From Malacoraja senta (taxonomy: Eukaryota), in NCBI GenBank assembly GCA_038087875.1, contig CM075992.1, positions 622,001-686,000 of the forward strand: 64,000 nt of DNA. The letters run 5' to 3'. Both the position numbers and the translations under genes were made by a program. The notes below the pieces were generated by a model that made no database searches, was not told the origin of the DNA, and was given only the letters and a program-made list of their open reading frames with translations. Below, piece by piece: positions 61,720 through 64,000 of the stretch; the first letter of the stretch is position 1, and every line of letters begins with the position of its first letter.

Positions 61720-63226
61720 AATTGGCCCTTCTGAGAACCAAAGCAAAGTACAGAGTTCTTGATGTAGCTGAACTGTGGCTAAACCTTTGCCTTCCGTGTT
61801 TAAGCAGGTTTATATAGAGCCCATAGTGCAGCCCGGTCCAGCTTTGCTCCTCCATTGCAAAGGGAGAATCATATCTTGTGCTTTGTGTTGCAGTGTGAGA
61901 TGTGTGCTAACGGACAGTACGTACTGGGTGGGGGTAGATGATGTGCAGGTGGTCTCTGGGGGACGGTTTAACTGTGCTTCATGACATACTTTGCAGTGAG
62001 CAAACAACCTCAGTTTAGTTAAACAGGTGTCGGGGTGCTTCCAGCACTTGGTGGCATCTGCATTGAGAAATTTGCCAGTTCAAGGAGAGGGAGAGGTTAA
62101 ATGAGCCAGCAGCAAGCTGTTGTGGTCAGCCAACACTCTCTTCCAAATGTCTCATTGAGTGTGGAGCGGTATGTGCCATGGCTTTCAAAATGCGCAGCCA
62201 GTTTCTAAATTCTGCCCCATCTGTTCTGGGGTGGAGGTGTAGCCCTGCTCTCCGGGAGTTATCAACTAATACACTCCACTGCTTGGCACTTTTCATTTCA
62301 CCCATCTCCCCCTTACCAGATTAAGTAATGTGGCGACTAATGTGGATCATTGGACTGCAGTCCTTCTACTTAAAATACTTGATTAGAAATATTAGCTGCA
62401 CTCGAGATTACAAATCTATTGTTCACAAGTGATGCTGCTTTTCCTGGTGAAGACAGAAAGTGTGGGAATTACTCACAGGTCGGGCGGCATCTCTAGAGAA
62501 CATGGAGAGGTGATGTTTCAATTCCTGACCCTTCAGACTGAAACGTCCATTGTCCATGTTCTCCAGAGATGCTGCCTGACCCACCGAGTTACTCCAGCAC
62601 ATTGTCTTTTTTTGGTAAACCAGCATCTGTAGTCCTTGTGTCGTCTTTTCCGGGTGCTATGTGATAAAATGGAACTGAAAAATAAGCATCTGTTTTTTGC
62701 TTCGCTTTTCTCTCCTGACAACTTGCCTTAAAAGCGGCTATATACTGGAGAATGAAAAGCATAAAATGTCCTTTGTGGTTATATGGGCCTGAAAGCAGCG
62801 TTTACAAGTTTAATCCAAGTTCAGATCATCTATGATAAACATTTTAATCTGAAGTTTGGAGATTTATCTGAATTCTTCACAAATTATTGTATGATTGCTT
62901 TTGGAGGCAGTGACGTGTGTGTTTAATAATTGTACAATGAGCATTGATTCATTTCCACTCATGTAGTTTGATCTCAATTTTATTGAGTTTTTTAACATTT
63001 TCAATTTTCAATTTTCAGTCGAGAGCATTATGTGCAAGCTCTCGAAGTCAACCCGGTTATATATTTATGGTATACTACCTGTTTACAACGCGATTTGGGA
63101 GCGAATAGTTTTTCTATGCAGAAGCAACTCTGGAGCTTTATGAATAAATAAAAAGATATTAAATTTCTTAGCTGCTTCATAAATACAATCTCTTTATTCT
63201 GAAGTATTTGAGATAAATAAATAAAT

Positions 63227-63534
63227 GGTGACACGATGACGCAGCAGTAAAGTTGCTGCCTTACAGCAAACCAGGGTTCGATCCTGACTACGGGTGCTGT
63301 CTGTACGGAGTTTGTACGTTCTCCCCGTGGGTTTCCTCCGAGATCTTCGGTTTCCTCCCACACTCCAAAGACGTACAGGTTTGTAGGTTAATTGGCTTGG
63401 TATAAGTGTAAATTGTCCCCAGTGTGTGTAGGATAGTGTTAATGTGCAACAGTTCAATACAGTTAATGTGCTGGGATCGCTGGTCGGTGCGAACTCGGGC
63501 TTATTTCCGCTCTGTATCTCTAAACGAAACTAAA
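63227..63534 (+). mobile_element. V-SINE
   Basis: B box gggttcgatcc, V-domain and taaacgaaactaaa tail. Confidence 0.85.
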
Positions 63535-63541
63535 TAGTATT

Positions 63542-64000
63542 TGATTAGAGATGAGATTTTATTTCTTGTCATTTGAACCTCAAAGAGGCTCAAACGAAAC
63601 TCCGTTTCCACAGCCATACAAACTAAACAATTCCTACACGACACACAAACAATTCAATTTACAGAAATACATCCATCACAGTGAATCTCCTCCTCACTGT
63701 GATGGAAAGCAAAGTCTTTTCTCTCCCCTGCACCATTTTCCTCCCGATGTTGAAGCCCCAGGCGGGCAATGTTAAGTCCCACAGCCGTTGAGGCCGCGCC
63801 GGGCAGTGTACGGCCTCGCTCCGGGCCCAAATGTCACAAAGTTGGAGCCCCCGGCGGGCGCTGGAATGTCCTGCGGCCATTAAAGCCGCGCAGGGCGATG
63901 TACGGCCCCACTCCGGGTCGTTCCAACCCCGCGACACGGGCGGGAGAAGTTGCGTTGCGGGAGCTCCGGAAAGCGGTCTCTCACCCGGACCCGCGAGCTC
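63542..64000 (-). mobile_element. second copy of the GC-rich retroposon, runs off the window
   Basis: near-identical to 42940-43300 apart from a ~70-bp extra segment near 63800-63880. Confidence 0.8.

Noticed and set aside
979..62640. Palindromic repeats as MITEs or pre-miRNAs
   Set aside because: Variable-length TSDs, asymmetric arm ends, single-arm copies and the link to a PLE ORF end point to retrotransposition

Overview
Vertebrate genomic DNA from a cartilaginous fish, most likely a skate or ray. This is inferred from the repeat content: HE1-type V-SINEs, HER1/CR1 LINEs and elasmobranch Penelope-like repeats. The window holds the 5' and middle part of one + strand gene, EVI5L (Rab-GAP TBC domain followed by a coiled coil). 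I traced 12 coding exons with GT-AG boundaries from the ATG at 26943 to 60988 (1332 nt, 444 codons). The gene continues past the window end, and 1-26.8 kb is probably 5' intron/UTR or upstream sequence. Most of the rest is transposon-derived. Best observations: (1) more than 25 short Penelope-like (PLE) terminal-repeat copies carrying a minimal hammerhead ribozyme core, often as fold-back palindromes with 7-15 bp TSDs, one still joined to the end of a GIY-YIG-type ORF; (2) a 33-nt frame-preserving microexon in a repeat-free island rich in RBFOX/NOVA/QKI-type motifs; (3) an out-of-frame uORF overlapping the start codon; (4) a 185-bp, ~97% identical inverted duplication; (5) an ORF-less GC-rich retroposon family. 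Family assignments come from recalled motifs, not database searches, and repeat boundaries are approximate.
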